Assembly (NCBI GenBank): GCA_022563395.1
Contig: JADFNM010000001.1
Span: 178,830-242,829 of the forward strand
Length of the DNA stretch: 64,000 bases
Source: Patescibacteria group bacterium
GTDB lineage: Bacteria; Patescibacteriota; Minisyncoccia; Minisyncoccales; UBA10102
Direction of reading: 5' to 3'
Shown: piece by piece, positions 18,833-28,704 of the stretch
How positions within the stretch are numbered: the stretch's first letter is position 1
Layout: each line of letters begins with the position of its first letter
Position numbers and translations under genes: made by a program
The notes under the pieces: model-generated
What the model was told of the DNA's origin: nothing
What the model saw: only the letters and a program-made list of their open reading frames with translations
Database searches by the model: none

Positions 18833-19060
18833 ATGTATCTTGATATTGTTCTCGGTTTTTATAATCGTGCTGATGGTGGCTATGCACCGTGGTTTATGAT
18901 TTTTGAGCGTGATGGAGGTAATACCAGGGAGATTCCATTTGATTGCAAAGAGACTGCTCAATCAGAAAAAGAAGCAATACGCATTGCAAAAGCACACGCA
19001 CTAAAGATACTGGAAGAAAGATACTCCTCATCCGTCCAAGTTCGCTTTAGAGAAAAGTAG
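18833..19060 (+). CDS. Hypothetical protein (75 aa)
   Basis: Immediately follows the previous ORF. Acidic small protein. Confidence 0.35.
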   Translation: MYLDIVLGFYNRADGGYAPWFMIFERDGGNTREIPFDCKETAQSEKEAIRIAKAHALKILEERYSSSVQVRFREK

Positions 19061-19112
19061 GGGATTATCGCACAAAACTATATGCAAAGGTGAACTTGCC
19101 ACCCAATAAAAG

Positions 19113-19130
19113 GGTTCTAACTTCGTCCAG
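19113..19130. repeat. GGTTCTAACTTCGTCCAG boundary motif (copy 1; about 34 bp near-identical to the copy at 19815)
   Basis: CAATAAAAGGGTTCTAACTTCGTCCAGTGCCCC at 19100-19135 versus the same sequence with one mismatch at 19802-19840. The two copies flank the P-loop kinase gene as direct repeats. Confidence 0.7.
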
Positions 19131-19218
19131 TGCCCCCGGCTGCTAATTTTAAGCTTAGATTCTAAGCACCCTATCGTGGAGTTAGAACTATGGGTGATTT
19201 TTTGATAAAGTGAACAAT

Positions 19219-19725
19219 ATGAAAAAGAAATTGAGATTCATCTTACTAAACGGGCCAATAGGTTCGGGTAAATCCACTACTGCCAATCTTCTGCAAAGCA
19301 AATTGAAAAGAACTGCTATATTGAGTGTGGAAGACATTAGACAACTTATTTCTGATTTCAAGCACAACAGAGAAGACCATCTCCTTACGTGGAAAATTAT
19401 CCATAGTATGTGTGATGAATATTTCAAAAATGGAATAAGTGTGTTGCTTGAACAGTCCTATTGTTCCAAAGATAATGTTAATCAATTTCTGCGTCTTGCA
19501 AAAAAGCACAAGTGCTCCATAGGTTTCTATCATCTTCAAGCACCAAGAAGTATTTTACTTGAAAGAATTAAGCAACGAAAGAAAGACCATAAGACTTCAA
19601 AAGCTAAAATAATAAGTAATATTAAAAAACACGAAGAAACGACCTACCCAGACGCTATTGTTATTGATACTTCTGAAATGAAACCGGTCGAAGTCGCTAA
19701 GCTTATTTTGAATGATTTAAAGTGA
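19219..19725 (+). CDS. P-loop NTPase/kinase (AAA_33/zeta-toxin-like nucleotide kinase fold); ORF also opens at GTG 19210
   Basis: Walker A LNGPIGSGKST and about 170 aa, kinase-sized. Flanked by direct repeats. Confidence 0.5.
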   Translation: MKKKLRFILLNGPIGSGKSTTANLLQSKLKRTAILSVEDIRQLISDFKHNREDHLLTWKIIHSMCDEYFKNGISVLLEQSYCSKDNVNQFLRLAKKHKCSIGFYHLQAPRSILLERIKQRKKDHKTSKAKIISNIKKHEETTYPDAIVIDTSEMKPVEVAKLILNDLK

Positions 19726-19814
19726 TTGGAGAAATAGTGTAACGTGGGGTGGGGTAATTTGTGTTAAGATGAGCTCAAACTATAGGCAAACCCTGACTTT
19801 CCTTGCAATAAAAG

Positions 19815-19832
19815 GGTTCTAACTTCGTCCAG
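19815..19832. repeat. GGTTCTAACTTCGTCCAG boundary motif (copy 2)
   Basis: Direct repeat of 19113-19130. Followed by the palindrome GCTTAAACGAGATTTAAGC at 19849-19867 and a promoter module. Confidence 0.7.
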
Positions 19833-19883
19833 TACCCCCTGCCATGATTGCTTAAACGAGATTTAAGCAATATGAGAAAAAGA

Positions 19884-19916
19884 ATCGCCATGCAGGCGGT
19901 TTTTTGATAGAGTAGG
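19884..19916 (+). promoter_or_regulatory. Hairpin-T6-promoter module (ATCGCCATGCAGGCGGTTTTTTGATAGAGT)
   Basis: Same module as at 17636. The ATG at 19920 follows 3 nt after GATT. Confidence 0.6.
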
Positions 19917-19919
19917 ATT

Positions 19920-20195
19920 ATGAAAAAGATTCATTTCTTCCTAGACGAATTCCACCACGGGGCTGTGAACCATGTGGTACATTTTACTGGCTTTACGCTC
20001 CTTGGATATGGATTAGGCATAGAGAACTGGTGGATTGTTATCCTCTCTCCTTTTGTCATGGAGATGGGTCATCTTTACAACTACTCTACGGGTAGAGACA
20101 GACACCATGCTATTCGCATCATTCCAATGCAGATAATAGCATGGCTCATCTTTGTAGGAATCGTATACTTACTTACAAGATTGTTTAGTTCATAG
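19920..20195 (+). CDS. Small membrane protein (91 aa)
   Basis: Hydrophobic helices, with His/Glu residues inside predicted helices. Confidence 0.4.
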   Translation: MKKIHFFLDEFHHGAVNHVVHFTGFTLLGYGLGIENWWIVILSPFVMEMGHLYNYSTGRDRHHAIRIIPMQIIAWLIFVGIVYLLTRLFSS

Positions 20196-20238
20196 AAGTT
20201 AAATTTGGAATATAAAACTCATCACTTAGCCTTATCCT

Positions 20239-20269
20239 GGTTCTAACGTCGTTCACGACACGCAGCTAG
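20239..20269. repeat. GGTTCTAACGTCGTTCACGACACGCAGCTAG boundary motif (left flank of the HExxH gene)
   Basis: A 31-bp near-identical direct repeat recurs at 21636-21666, on the other side of ORF 20315-21577. Confidence 0.7.
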
Positions 20270-20314
20270 TTTTAGAGGTTTGACGTGTTTGTGGATGCTT
20301 TGGTAAAATGAAAT

Positions 20315-21577
20315 ATGGAAAATAATTTTTATAGTAAAGGGCAAAGTTTAGTTGGTATAGCTATTATTTCAGTCATTATTAGCTTAATAGTAATAGGTGG
20401 TTTATATTTTTATTTTTCAAAACAAATCCCAGAAGTGTCTAAAATTTCCGAAAAACAAGCCGAAGAAATAATTCAACCAGAAGAGGTTATTCTTCCATCT
20501 GAAGAGTTACCCAAAGAAGAAATTGCTCCAGAGAAGAAAGTTGTAGAAATCTCAATTAAGGCTCCCAAGGAAACGGAGCTAGAAGCCCCCGCACCCCAAT
20601 CACCGCGCAAACCCTTTCCACCAACTGTTAGGATTGAGGCAAATCCAAGCACAGTGCCATCTGGAACACCAGTTACTCTTTCTTGGACTTCTGAAAACGC
20701 AGATTCTTGTATTGCAAAAGACGATTGGTCAGGATCGTTGGAGCTTTCTGGGCAAAGAACAGTTACTCCTCCTAGATCCATATCATACTATCCTGTAGAA
20801 TGCCGGAATCCATTCGGTATCGCATCATATTCTGTAACTATATATGTAGAGTCTATTGCACCTTTACCCTCAGAGGATGCGCCATTAACACCTAAAGAAG
20901 GATTTAGTCTACTTGTTGTCTTCACTTACGAAGATACACCACTAGATTCTCAGATTAAAGAGGACTTATGTACCGGATCTGGCACAAATAAGTTTTCCTA
21001 TCTTCCAAAATGGTTCAAACGTGAAGCAAGCAGATACGGCGTTTCATTCTCAATGACGGTACAATGTCTTGATCAACAAGTTGAACTATCGCAGGATGTT
21101 ATTGAGACAACAAACACCTGTAAGGGTGGTCTCGGAGGTACATTCACTTGTCCATATGACAAAACAAAAGCAAAAAGTTATCTCGAACAAACCATTCCAT
21201 TACTACAGAATTATGATGTTGTGACGATTATGCATTATAAGCCTTATTCTTATGAATTTGGGGCTGATTCAGACGGTTCTGGGGGAAAATATAATTATAT
21301 ATACCTCGCAAAAGGCCCAGTTATCGACGGAGTCCAATATTATAACCCCAATGTAGGAAACGAAGGCAACCATGCTTTTGCTGCTGCACATGAAAGTCTC
21401 CATAATCTAGGAGCATCTGACTACTACTTTCAGGGTTCCGGATACAAATGTTTGATAGAATCTGATCCTACTTTAATTTATAATAGCAGGTATATAATGT
21501 GTGCTGCTGCTAGGGAAGATCCTTTTAGTAGTTATGTAATTTCTCCTGAGACTGCAAAAGAACTTGGATGGAGATAA
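20315..21577 (+). CDS. Membrane-anchored protein with a Pro/Glu-rich linker, an Ig/CARDB-like domain and a C-terminal HExxH (zincin-like) domain
   Basis: N-terminal TM, an EEIAPEKK linker, a PSTVPSGTPVTLSWTSENADSC beta-sandwich-like segment, and AAAHESLHNLGASDYY. Confidence 0.5.
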   Translation: MENNFYSKGQSLVGIAIISVIISLIVIGGLYFYFSKQIPEVSKISEKQAEEIIQPEEVILPSEELPKEEIAPEKKVVEISIKAPKETELEAPAPQSPRKPFPPTVRIEANPSTVPSGTPVTLSWTSENADSCIAKDDWSGSLELSGQRTVTPPRSISYYPVECRNPFGIASYSVTIYVESIAPLPSEDAPLTPKEGFSLLVVFTYEDTPLDSQIKEDLCTGSGTNKFSYLPKWFKREASRYGVSFSMTVQCLDQQVELSQDVIETTNTCKGGLGGTFTCPYDKTKAKSYLEQTIPLLQNYDVVTIMHYKPYSYEFGADSDGSGGKYNYIYLAKGPVIDGVQYYNPNVGNEGNHAFAAAHESLHNLGASDYYFQGSGYKCLIESDPTLIYNSRYIMCAAAREDPFSSYVISPETAKELGWR

Positions 21578-21635
21578 ATTCAAGCTATATTAAGAAGTCG
21601 TATGACGAGAATGTGAGCTCCTCACATACCAAAAG

Positions 21636-21666
21636 GGTTCTAACTTCGTCCACGACACGCAGCTAG
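21636..21666. repeat. GGTTCTAACTTCGTCCACGACACGCAGCTAG boundary motif (right flank)
   Basis: Direct repeat of 20239-20269. Confidence 0.7.
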
Positions 21667-21690
21667 CAGTTCTGAATAGCAAAAATCGCA

Positions 21691-22074
21691 ATGCAAGAAA
21701 ACAAACTAACGATTCAAATTAACAAACCTATTGTAGAGGTTTTTGCTTTTACGACGAATCCGCAAAACACGCCTTTGTGGCTTGACTCAGTAGTTACTGA
21801 ACAAGTGAATGAGTGGCCAGCAAGACAAGGGAGTATTTATAAGAATCAAGATACAGATGGAAACTGGTCAGAGTATGTCGTAAGTGAGTGGAGAGAAAAC
21901 GAAATGTTTGTATGGGACAAAAAGAATAGTAATTACCATGTTAGGTATATCTTTACGCCAGTAGACGAAAATATCACAGAACTTGAATACTATGAATGGG
22001 TAGATACAGGAGAGCTTGATAAACCCTTTACCCAGAAAATACTAGAAAAGCTAAAGCGCGTTTTGGAAAATTAG
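21691..22074 (+). CDS. Hypothetical protein, possibly SRPBCC/START-like fold
   Basis: 127 aa, about the size of a small ligand-binding fold. Weak match only. Confidence 0.3.
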   Translation: MQENKLTIQINKPIVEVFAFTTNPQNTPLWLDSVVTEQVNEWPARQGSIYKNQDTDGNWSEYVVSEWRENEMFVWDKKNSNYHVRYIFTPVDENITELEYYEWVDTGELDKPFTQKILEKLKRVLEN

Positions 22075-22240
22075 TTCTAAATGAGACACGAGATACTACG
22101 CCTATCCAGTGTCTCATTTGTCTCATTTTGTGCTAAAATGACCCCGACCGAGACGGGTAGATGAGACACCCCTAGAAAGCCCCAGAATCCCTCTTAAACC
22201 TCATGTTCCAGACCAAGGGTGCTAAAGCCAAACATAAAAC

Positions 22241-22810
22241 ATGATATCTCACCCATCTATCAAGGCCATCTTTATACCAGGAAATGATGGCGGTACAACG
22301 CAGGACCAGTGGTTTCCGTATGCCAAACGTGAACTTAAAAAGCTTGGTCTTGCAGTAAGGGCAGAAACTTTTCCTGACCCCATTCTTGCAAGGGAACAAT
22401 ACTGGATCCCTTTCTTGAAAGAGCTTGGCGCTGACGAGAAGACCATCCTTATAGGACATTCATCGGGAGCAGTCGCTGCAATGAGATTTGCAGAGCAGAA
22501 CAAAATTCTGGGATCGGTGTTGATTGGGGCCTGCTACACTGACCTTAATGACGAGATGGAAAAGAAAAGCGGGTATTACGACCGCCCCTGGGATTGGGAG
22601 GCAATCAAAGCGAATCAAGAGTGGATTATCCAATATGCCTCTATTGACGATCCATACATTCCTGTTGAGGAAGCTCGGCATATCCATACACAACTTGGTA
22701 CAGAATATTACGAGTATAAAGACCAGGGACACTTTGGAGAACCCACAAGGCCTAAACCAGAGTTTCCAGAGATGATAGAGGCAATCAGAAAAAAGCTATC
22801 CCAGGACTAA
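22241..22810 (+). CDS. Alpha/beta hydrolase, RBBP9/YdeN-like serine hydrolase
   Basis: 189 aa with nucleophile-elbow GHSSG (ILIGHSSGAVAA) and downstream Asp/His residues. Confidence 0.6.
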   Translation: MISHPSIKAIFIPGNDGGTTQDQWFPYAKRELKKLGLAVRAETFPDPILAREQYWIPFLKELGADEKTILIGHSSGAVAAMRFAEQNKILGSVLIGACYTDLNDEMEKKSGYYDRPWDWEAIKANQEWIIQYASIDDPYIPVEEARHIHTQLGTEYYEYKDQGHFGEPTRPKPEFPEMIEAIRKKLSQD

Positions 22811-22920
22811 GATTCTCTGCACCAGCATTCACGCAACGGGACATTCGTCTCTGAGAGACTCAGTCTCGATGAGTTCTAACATCGTCCAAGCCCCGCAGCA
22901 TACTAATACAAGAAGCCAAT

Positions 22921-22990
22921 GGTTCCTAAATGAAATTAAGGATTCTTTAATTTCATTTAGGAGATATGCGCTCTAAATAAGGGGGACAAA
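22921..22990. repeat. Type-B palindromic element (GGTTCCTAAATGAAATTAAGGA...TTAATTTCATTTAGGAGATATGCGCTCTAAATAAGGGGGACAAA)
   Basis: Family recurs at 9545, 31388, 33579, 39471 and 44907. The 30 bp upstream (CTAATACAAGAAGCCAATGGTTCC) also matches the copy at 44888. Confidence 0.8.
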
Positions 22991-23108
22991 ACTTGTGTAA
23001 ATCGGATGTGCACAACAAGGATTTTGAGAATATCATTAACTTTTTAGGCAAATGATTTATAATAAAGATGATAGATAAAAATGAACAGGATGATAACAAC
23101 TTAGAAAA

Positions 23109-24422
23109 ATGAGAGCAAAAATCCCCTTTATCTTCATTGTTGTTTCCCTTATGTTTGTCAGCATGTTTGTCGGCGCTTTTTTAGTCGGAGAGGTTAAGGC
23201 GCAGACAAAAGATTCCCAAGAGCTGTCAAAGGTTTTAGTGATTGACATTGAAGGAGAGATTCGCGCCGGCACGGTTCAGTTTGTAAAGCGCGCTTTGACA
23301 AAGGCCCAAGCTGGCGACTTTGAACTTTTTCTTATTCAACTGAACACCCCAGGTGGGCTCTTAAAGGCCACCGAAGAGATCAGCCGGCTTTTGCTGGACA
23401 GCAAAATACAAACCGCCGTGTTTGTTCATAAAAACGGCGGCTGGGCATTTTCGGCCGGCACTTTTATTCTTCTGTCTGCAGAAATTGCAGTTAGCCATCC
23501 CAATGCCTCAATTGGTGCGGCTCAGCCGCGCGCTTTGGGTATTGGGGAAGTCGCGGAGCCTGATGAAAAAATTATTAAAGCCTCAAGCATTTGGATGAAA
23601 TCATTAGCTGAAGCTCGCGGACGAAACCTCGAGGTCGCGGAAAAATTCGTCCTGGAAAATCTAACATTAAGCGGTAAAGAGGCACACGAACAAAATATTA
23701 TTAATTTCACCGCCGTATCTTTGGATGAACTTCTCAACAAGCTTAAATTTAAAGACGCCGCCATAGAAGAAGTAACGCCAAATCTCTTAGAGCAAATCCT
23801 GTCTTTTCTTTCCATTTCTTTTCTAATTCCGCTTTTACTTGGCATTGGGTCTTTAGGGTTGTTCTTTGTATTTCGCACAGGCGAGGTGGAAATTGGAATT
23901 TTCGCTATCGCTGCTCTTCTTTTAGGACTGTGGGGAATGGGGGCTATCAATCTTTCGGTGCTGGGAGCAACGCTTTTGTTCTTTGGTATTGCTCTTATTA
24001 TTCTTGAAATTTTTGTGATGCCCGGATTTGGTGTTTTTGGCATAGCTGGAACCATCGCCTTTCTTTTTGGGATACTCACCTTTGCCCAAGAGCCGTTCTT
24101 ACCAAGCGTTTTTACCAATGCAGCTTTTTGGTTTGTGATGGGGGTGACGTTGGCTGTTTCTGTGTTTTTCATTGTTCTTGGCAGATTGTCGCTTAAAACC
24201 CTAAGGGTAAAGGCCAGGGCTGGTCCGGAGGCTCTCACGGGAGAAACAGCTGTTGTAACCGAAACACTGCATCCCTACGGCAAGGTAAAGATTAACCGTG
24301 AGGACTGGGTGGCAAAAAATATTTCAGATAAAGAAGTTATTGAAGTGGGAGAGAAGGTAAGGGTTGTAAATATCCAGGGAAATACTATAATAGTAAAAGG
24401 GTCGAAAACTAGCATGCTGTAA
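23109..24422 (+). CDS. NfeD-family membrane-bound serine protease (ClpP-class)
   Basis: Signal/TM segment, ClpP-like domain LNTPGG...GWAFSAGTFILLSAE, TM segments, and a C-terminal OB-like beta domain. Confidence 0.75.
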   Translation: MRAKIPFIFIVVSLMFVSMFVGAFLVGEVKAQTKDSQELSKVLVIDIEGEIRAGTVQFVKRALTKAQAGDFELFLIQLNTPGGLLKATEEISRLLLDSKIQTAVFVHKNGGWAFSAGTFILLSAEIAVSHPNASIGAAQPRALGIGEVAEPDEKIIKASSIWMKSLAEARGRNLEVAEKFVLENLTLSGKEAHEQNIINFTAVSLDELLNKLKFKDAAIEEVTPNLLEQILSFLSISFLIPLLLGIGSLGLFFVFRTGEVEIGIFAIAALLLGLWGMGAINLSVLGATLLFFGIALIILEIFVMPGFGVFGIAGTIAFLFGILTFAQEPFLPSVFTNAAFWFVMGVTLAVSVFFIVLGRLSLKTLRVKARAGPEALTGETAVVTETLHPYGKVKINREDWVAKNISDKEVIEVGEKVRVVNIQGNTIIVKGSKTSML

Positions 24423-24437
24423 AAACTTGTAAATATT

Positions 24438-25205
24438 ATGGAATTTTTGTTTAATTTATTTTTCTCAACTGGAGGAATTATTGTTATCGTCGCCATCATT
24501 CTTTTCTCAGCTGTAAAGATTGTCAGGGAATATGAGCGGGCAGTTATTTTTCGCTTGGGACGCTTGGTGGGCACGCGTGGACCCGGTCTTTTTCTGCTTA
24601 TCCCAATGATTGAAAAAATGGTCAAGCTTGATCTTCGGATTATTACCCTTGATGTGCCGGCCCAAGAGGTTATCACCCGCGACAACATACCCATAACGGT
24701 TGACGCGGTGCTGTATTTTAAGGTTTCTGACCCTATTCGTGCAGTGGTTGAGGTTGAAAACTTTCTGAAAGCAACTTCGCAAATCGCCCAGACATCGCTT
24801 AGGGGAGTTGCCGGCGAGGCGGCTTTTGACGAGATTCTGGCCGAGCGTGAGAAGATTAACACCAAGCTTCACAAAATTATTGACATTGCCACGGACCCTT
24901 GGGGAATTAAAGTCTCGGCGGTGGAAATAAAGCACGTTGAGGTGCCAGAAGCCATGCAGCGGGCAATTGCCAAACAGGCGGAAGCTGAGCGGACAAGACG
25001 GGCAAAAGTAATTTTGGCCGAGGGAGAATTTCAGGCGGCTCAAAAACTAAAGGATGCCGGTGAAATTCTCGGCGCCAACCCAATTGTGTTTCGCTATCTT
25101 GAAACCATAGCAGAAGCGGCTAAAGAAAAAAGCAATACCATCATCTTCCCGGCCGAGATGCTTGACTTGGTCAAAAAAATCTCCCGAAAATCGGACATGC
25201 AGTGA
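24438..25205 (+). CDS. SPFH/band-7 protein (stomatin-like), cognate partner of NfeD
   Basis: N-terminal TM, band-7 core (VPAQEVITRDNIPITVDAVLYFKV), and a coiled-coil C-terminus. Classic nfeD-stomatin operon. Confidence 0.8.
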   Translation: MEFLFNLFFSTGGIIVIVAIILFSAVKIVREYERAVIFRLGRLVGTRGPGLFLLIPMIEKMVKLDLRIITLDVPAQEVITRDNIPITVDAVLYFKVSDPIRAVVEVENFLKATSQIAQTSLRGVAGEAAFDEILAEREKINTKLHKIIDIATDPWGIKVSAVEIKHVEVPEAMQRAIAKQAEAERTRRAKVILAEGEFQAAQKLKDAGEILGANPIVFRYLETIAEAAKEKSNTIIFPAEMLDLVKKISRKSDMQ

Positions 25206-25457
25206 AAAACCACTTGAAAAATTAAGTGGCAGAGAAAAATAGAACTTGCTGGTCCTCTTTAGAGACACTACCCCTATCTAGTGTTTCATTTGTCTCATTC
25301 TGCCTTATTTCTTCTTGGTTGAAAGTGCCCCGTCCCCGTCAGAATTAGTTTCTTTAGTAGCCCCAATTTCCCCTTAAAATTCCGAGGGGATAAGGTGCAA
25401 GACTCGCCTAGAGAGCATTAGTGCTTAAACGAGATTTAAGCAAACTCATAATCTAAT

Positions 25458-26033
25458 ATGCACACAGGAGTTCCATTACCATCAAATCCTATGGAAGAAT
25501 TAGAACAAAACAAAAACCTCGCCGAGGCAGCACAGCTTACCAAGCAAGAGCGGAAACAGTTAAAGAAACAGCGTAAGCGAGAAGAGCGTCAACAGGGACG
25601 CAGTCAAGAGAAAATGAAAAAGATAATTACTATTGCTGTAATTATCTTGGTTGTGGGGGGAGGAATCTTTGCTCTGGGCTGGTTTTTCTCAACCGGCCCG
25701 AGCCTGCCGCCAACCTCACAGCTAAATCATTCTGAACTATCGCCGCCAGCTCATATTGTCACAAGTCCTATCCCAGCAGCCATCCAGAAGCATATGCTTG
25801 AACACGCCGATGGAGGAGGCAAGCCCGGGGTTATTATTCAATACAATTGCGAAGATTTTGCATGTGAGCAGGATCTGGTAGACAACTTAACTGAGCTCGT
25901 AAAGCGGTATCCAGCCAACGTATACCTTGCTCCAAATAATTATGACGGAAAGATTATCTTAACCAAGCTTGGCAGGCGACAAATCTTAGAGGAGTTTAAC
26001 CAACGAACAATAGAGGACTTTATTGGACGATAA
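25458..26033 (+). CDS. Membrane-anchored hypothetical protein with HxxEH and CEDFAC motifs
   Basis: Charged N-terminus, one TM helix, then an extracytoplasmic domain containing HMLEHADGGG and YNCEDFACE. Confidence 0.4.
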   Translation: MHTGVPLPSNPMEELEQNKNLAEAAQLTKQERKQLKKQRKREERQQGRSQEKMKKIITIAVIILVVGGGIFALGWFFSTGPSLPPTSQLNHSELSPPAHIVTSPIPAAIQKHMLEHADGGGKPGVIIQYNCEDFACEQDLVDNLTELVKRYPANVYLAPNNYDGKIILTKLGRRQILEEFNQRTIEDFIGR

Positions 26034-26087
26034 ACAGCCTGCAGGGTCGTGCAGGTAAGTTGCATATACGTTAAGGTGAAGTAACAT

Positions 26088-26816
26088 ATGAACAAAACCA
26101 TAATAATCATTATTATTGCTTTAGGAGCAGTTGTCGGGGCATACTTCCTCTTTCAGGGAGGGGATGGGGTTCCACAGGAATCTGGTACGCAAACTCCTGC
26201 GTCGCAAAACCAAGAGCGGATTATATCCATTCGCAACCATCAGATTACAGAACCCACGCTTGTTATCTCAGTTGGTGACACGGTGACCTGGAGAAACCAG
26301 GATAATCTTGCGGGATTCCCGTATGATAATCACTCGCCAACGAGCGGCACGATTGATTCTACGGGCGCTCAGGGCCAAAGAGGCGTGGTTCCCAACAGCG
26401 GAAGCGGCATAGCCGATGGTACGTTTGAGCTTGCTCTGGGTTCTGGTGAGTCACAAAGCTTCACCTTTACTGAAGCTGGCACCTATACTTACTATATCGC
26501 AGAACACCCTTTAGTGAGCGGCGAGGGAAAGATTATTGTGGAGGAAAAGAAGGTACCAGTAAGCATGAGTGCTCGCAGTTTTGCCTTTAGCCCCGAAACG
26601 CTCAAAGCAAGGGTTGGGGAAAGTATAGTGCTTGAGGTGCAGGCAACCGGACAACATACCTTCACCATTGATGAATTGGGCGTGAATGTTTCCCTGCCGC
26701 ATGGCAAAACAACGAGAGTGGAATTTACGCCGTCTCAAACAGGAACCTTCACTTACTACTGCGCCGTTCCCGGCCATCGTAATGCGGGGCAAATCGGCAC
26801 TCTAACGGTCGAATAA
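26088..26816 (+). CDS. Secreted tandem cupredoxin-like protein
   Basis: Signal peptide and two repeats ending in GTYTYYIAEHP and GTFTYYCAVPGHRNAGQ. Only the second keeps the Cys/His copper-ligand positions. Confidence 0.5.
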   Translation: MNKTIIIIIIALGAVVGAYFLFQGGDGVPQESGTQTPASQNQERIISIRNHQITEPTLVISVGDTVTWRNQDNLAGFPYDNHSPTSGTIDSTGAQGQRGVVPNSGSGIADGTFELALGSGESQSFTFTEAGTYTYYIAEHPLVSGEGKIIVEEKKVPVSMSARSFAFSPETLKARVGESIVLEVQATGQHTFTIDELGVNVSLPHGKTTRVEFTPSQTGTFTYYCAVPGHRNAGQIGTLTVE

Positions 26817-26845
26817 CTTATAACTAATAACTCATCACAAACACT

Positions 26846-27058
26846 ATGAAATGGTCACCAATTTTACACGGAGTTGCCGCAGTTTCCGGAGTCGTTGGCT
26901 TTTTGGTCTTAGTCATGTGGTGGATAGTTCTTTTGAGGGAAGGCGCATCGCCTTTTTCGGCAGAACATTTGTATGACGACGCAATAGCTTTACTTTTGCT
27001 CTCAATCGCGTTTGGCATAGGCACTCTTATCCACCAAAAACAGGAGCGACAGCAATAA
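26846..27058 (+). CDS. Small membrane protein (70 aa)
   Basis: Two hydrophobic helices. Confidence 0.35.
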   Translation: MKWSPILHGVAAVSGVVGFLVLVMWWIVLLREGASPFSAEHLYDDAIALLLLSIAFGIGTLIHQKQERQQ

Positions 27059-27064
27059 TACCGT

Positions 27065-28474
27065 ATGTTTTTTCGACCCGTTCTGGGTGTTTTTCTGGTT
27101 TTTGGTCTTCTCGTCCTTGGGGGCTGGTTTGTACTGCAAAAAAAGGGTAACGTTAAAACCCCAGCCGTGGACGATATTCAAGAGAAAGTTCAGGTTGCAG
27201 CCAGCTACTCTTTTTTTGTAACAGTTGACGGGATAGGACTCAATGTTGATGTGGCAGATACGCCAGAGAAAAAGGCCCAAGGGCTTTCTGGAAGAATTGG
27301 CATGGGAGAAGACGAGGGCATGCTGTTTGTGTATGATGCGCCGGGGCTTTATACTTTTTGGATGAAGGATATGCTATTTTCCATTGATATTATTTGGATC
27401 AATGAAAATTACGAAATTGTTGATATCGCAAAAAATGCTTTGCCTGATTCATTTCTTCAGACTTTTCAACCACAAAAACCAGCGCAGTATGTGTTGGAGG
27501 TAAATGCGGGCTTTTCCGATAGAAATAATATCCAAATCGGCAGTAGAGTAGATTTTTCAGAAATTTTTATTGGTAGTAAATTTAAAGAACTTGTTTTTGT
27601 TGTAGATGCCAAAAACGATGAGGTTATTGTTCTAACCAAAGAAGGTGGAATCATAAAACGAATCAAAGTTGATCATAGTCCGCACGATATTGCTCTCTCG
27701 CCCAATAGCAAGTTTATCGTTACGGCTAATTTTCACAGCAATACCATAAACATCATTGATGTTCAGAGTTTATCTTTACAAAAAACCATCGCAACTGGCG
27801 ATGGGGCCCATGGCGTAGTATTCAGCCCGGATGGCAGGTTTCTTTTCGTTGTAAACGCAAGAGAAGACACGCTTTCCATTATTGAAACCGCAACCTTTAC
27901 CCAACAAACTAAGATCAATGTAGGAAGTTATCCAGAATATGTGGGTGTTACCAAAGATGGCTCCAAAGTTTTTACCACCAATCTTAGTGATGGGGGATCA
28001 ATAACCGTATTGCAGAACATTGGCTTTGAATCAAAAGTAATAAAGGAAATATCTTCTGATGTTGATCCTCACGGCTGGGCAATTTCGCCAGATGGCTCAA
28101 AAGTCATTATTACCACGCTGGGCAGTAACTCTGCTTATCTTTATGATAGCAGCACCTTTGAAGAAATAAGCCACTTTGATATTGGTGCGCCCTCAGAGTT
28201 TGCCGCTTTCCGCACGAACAACGAAGTGTGGGTTACCAATATTGGAGCTAATTACATTTCTATTATTGAGATTACGCAGAATACAATTCTTGACCAAATT
28301 GCGGTTGGAGAAACCCCTCACGGCATTTCTTTTTCATCAGACAAAACGCTTGCATTTGTTCCTTTATATCAACCAGGTGAAGTTGTTATAATTGACACGG
28401 TAGAACGAAAAGTAATCAAAAAAGTAAAAGTTGGCGAAGAACTTCATAATGCAGTGGTAGTAAAATCGAGGTAA
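27065..28474 (+). CDS. Secreted DUF192 domain fused to a YVTN-type beta-propeller
   Basis: DUF192-like FVYDAPGLYTFWMKDMLFSIDIIWIN, then repeated 40-residue blades (DIALSPNSKFIVTAN, VVFSPDGRFLFVVN, WAISPDGSKVIITT). Confidence 0.6.
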   Translation: MFFRPVLGVFLVFGLLVLGGWFVLQKKGNVKTPAVDDIQEKVQVAASYSFFVTVDGIGLNVDVADTPEKKAQGLSGRIGMGEDEGMLFVYDAPGLYTFWMKDMLFSIDIIWINENYEIVDIAKNALPDSFLQTFQPQKPAQYVLEVNAGFSDRNNIQIGSRVDFSEIFIGSKFKELVFVVDAKNDEVIVLTKEGGIIKRIKVDHSPHDIALSPNSKFIVTANFHSNTINIIDVQSLSLQKTIATGDGAHGVVFSPDGRFLFVVNAREDTLSIIETATFTQQTKINVGSYPEYVGVTKDGSKVFTTNLSDGGSITVLQNIGFESKVIKEISSDVDPHGWAISPDGSKVIITTLGSNSAYLYDSSTFEEISHFDIGAPSEFAAFRTNNEVWVTNIGANYISIIEITQNTILDQIAVGETPHGISFSSDKTLAFVPLYQPGEVVIIDTVERKVIKKVKVGEELHNAVVVKSR

Positions 28475-28704
28475 CAGCGCTACAATTTAAAGGCGCAGGC
28501 AGGAGATATGCGCCTCTAGGCAAGGAGAGAACAAAACTTGGGGCGGGTCGTCTTAGCGGAGAATCCGGCCCGTGGCCCTACTATTTACACGTACTGTTTT
28601 GTGCTATTATATCAATGTAGAACGATTTGAGATTTAGCAGGCTGTAATAGTAAATAAAAGGTTGAACTGCCTGCTAAGATTGAGTAACTACCACTTAGAA
28701 ATAT

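Noticed and set aside
22249-22732. Minus-strand ORFs (84 and 90 aa) overlapping the RBBP9-like hydrolase gene
   Set aside because: The plus-strand gene has a clear GHSSG catalytic motif. The antisense ORFs have no features.
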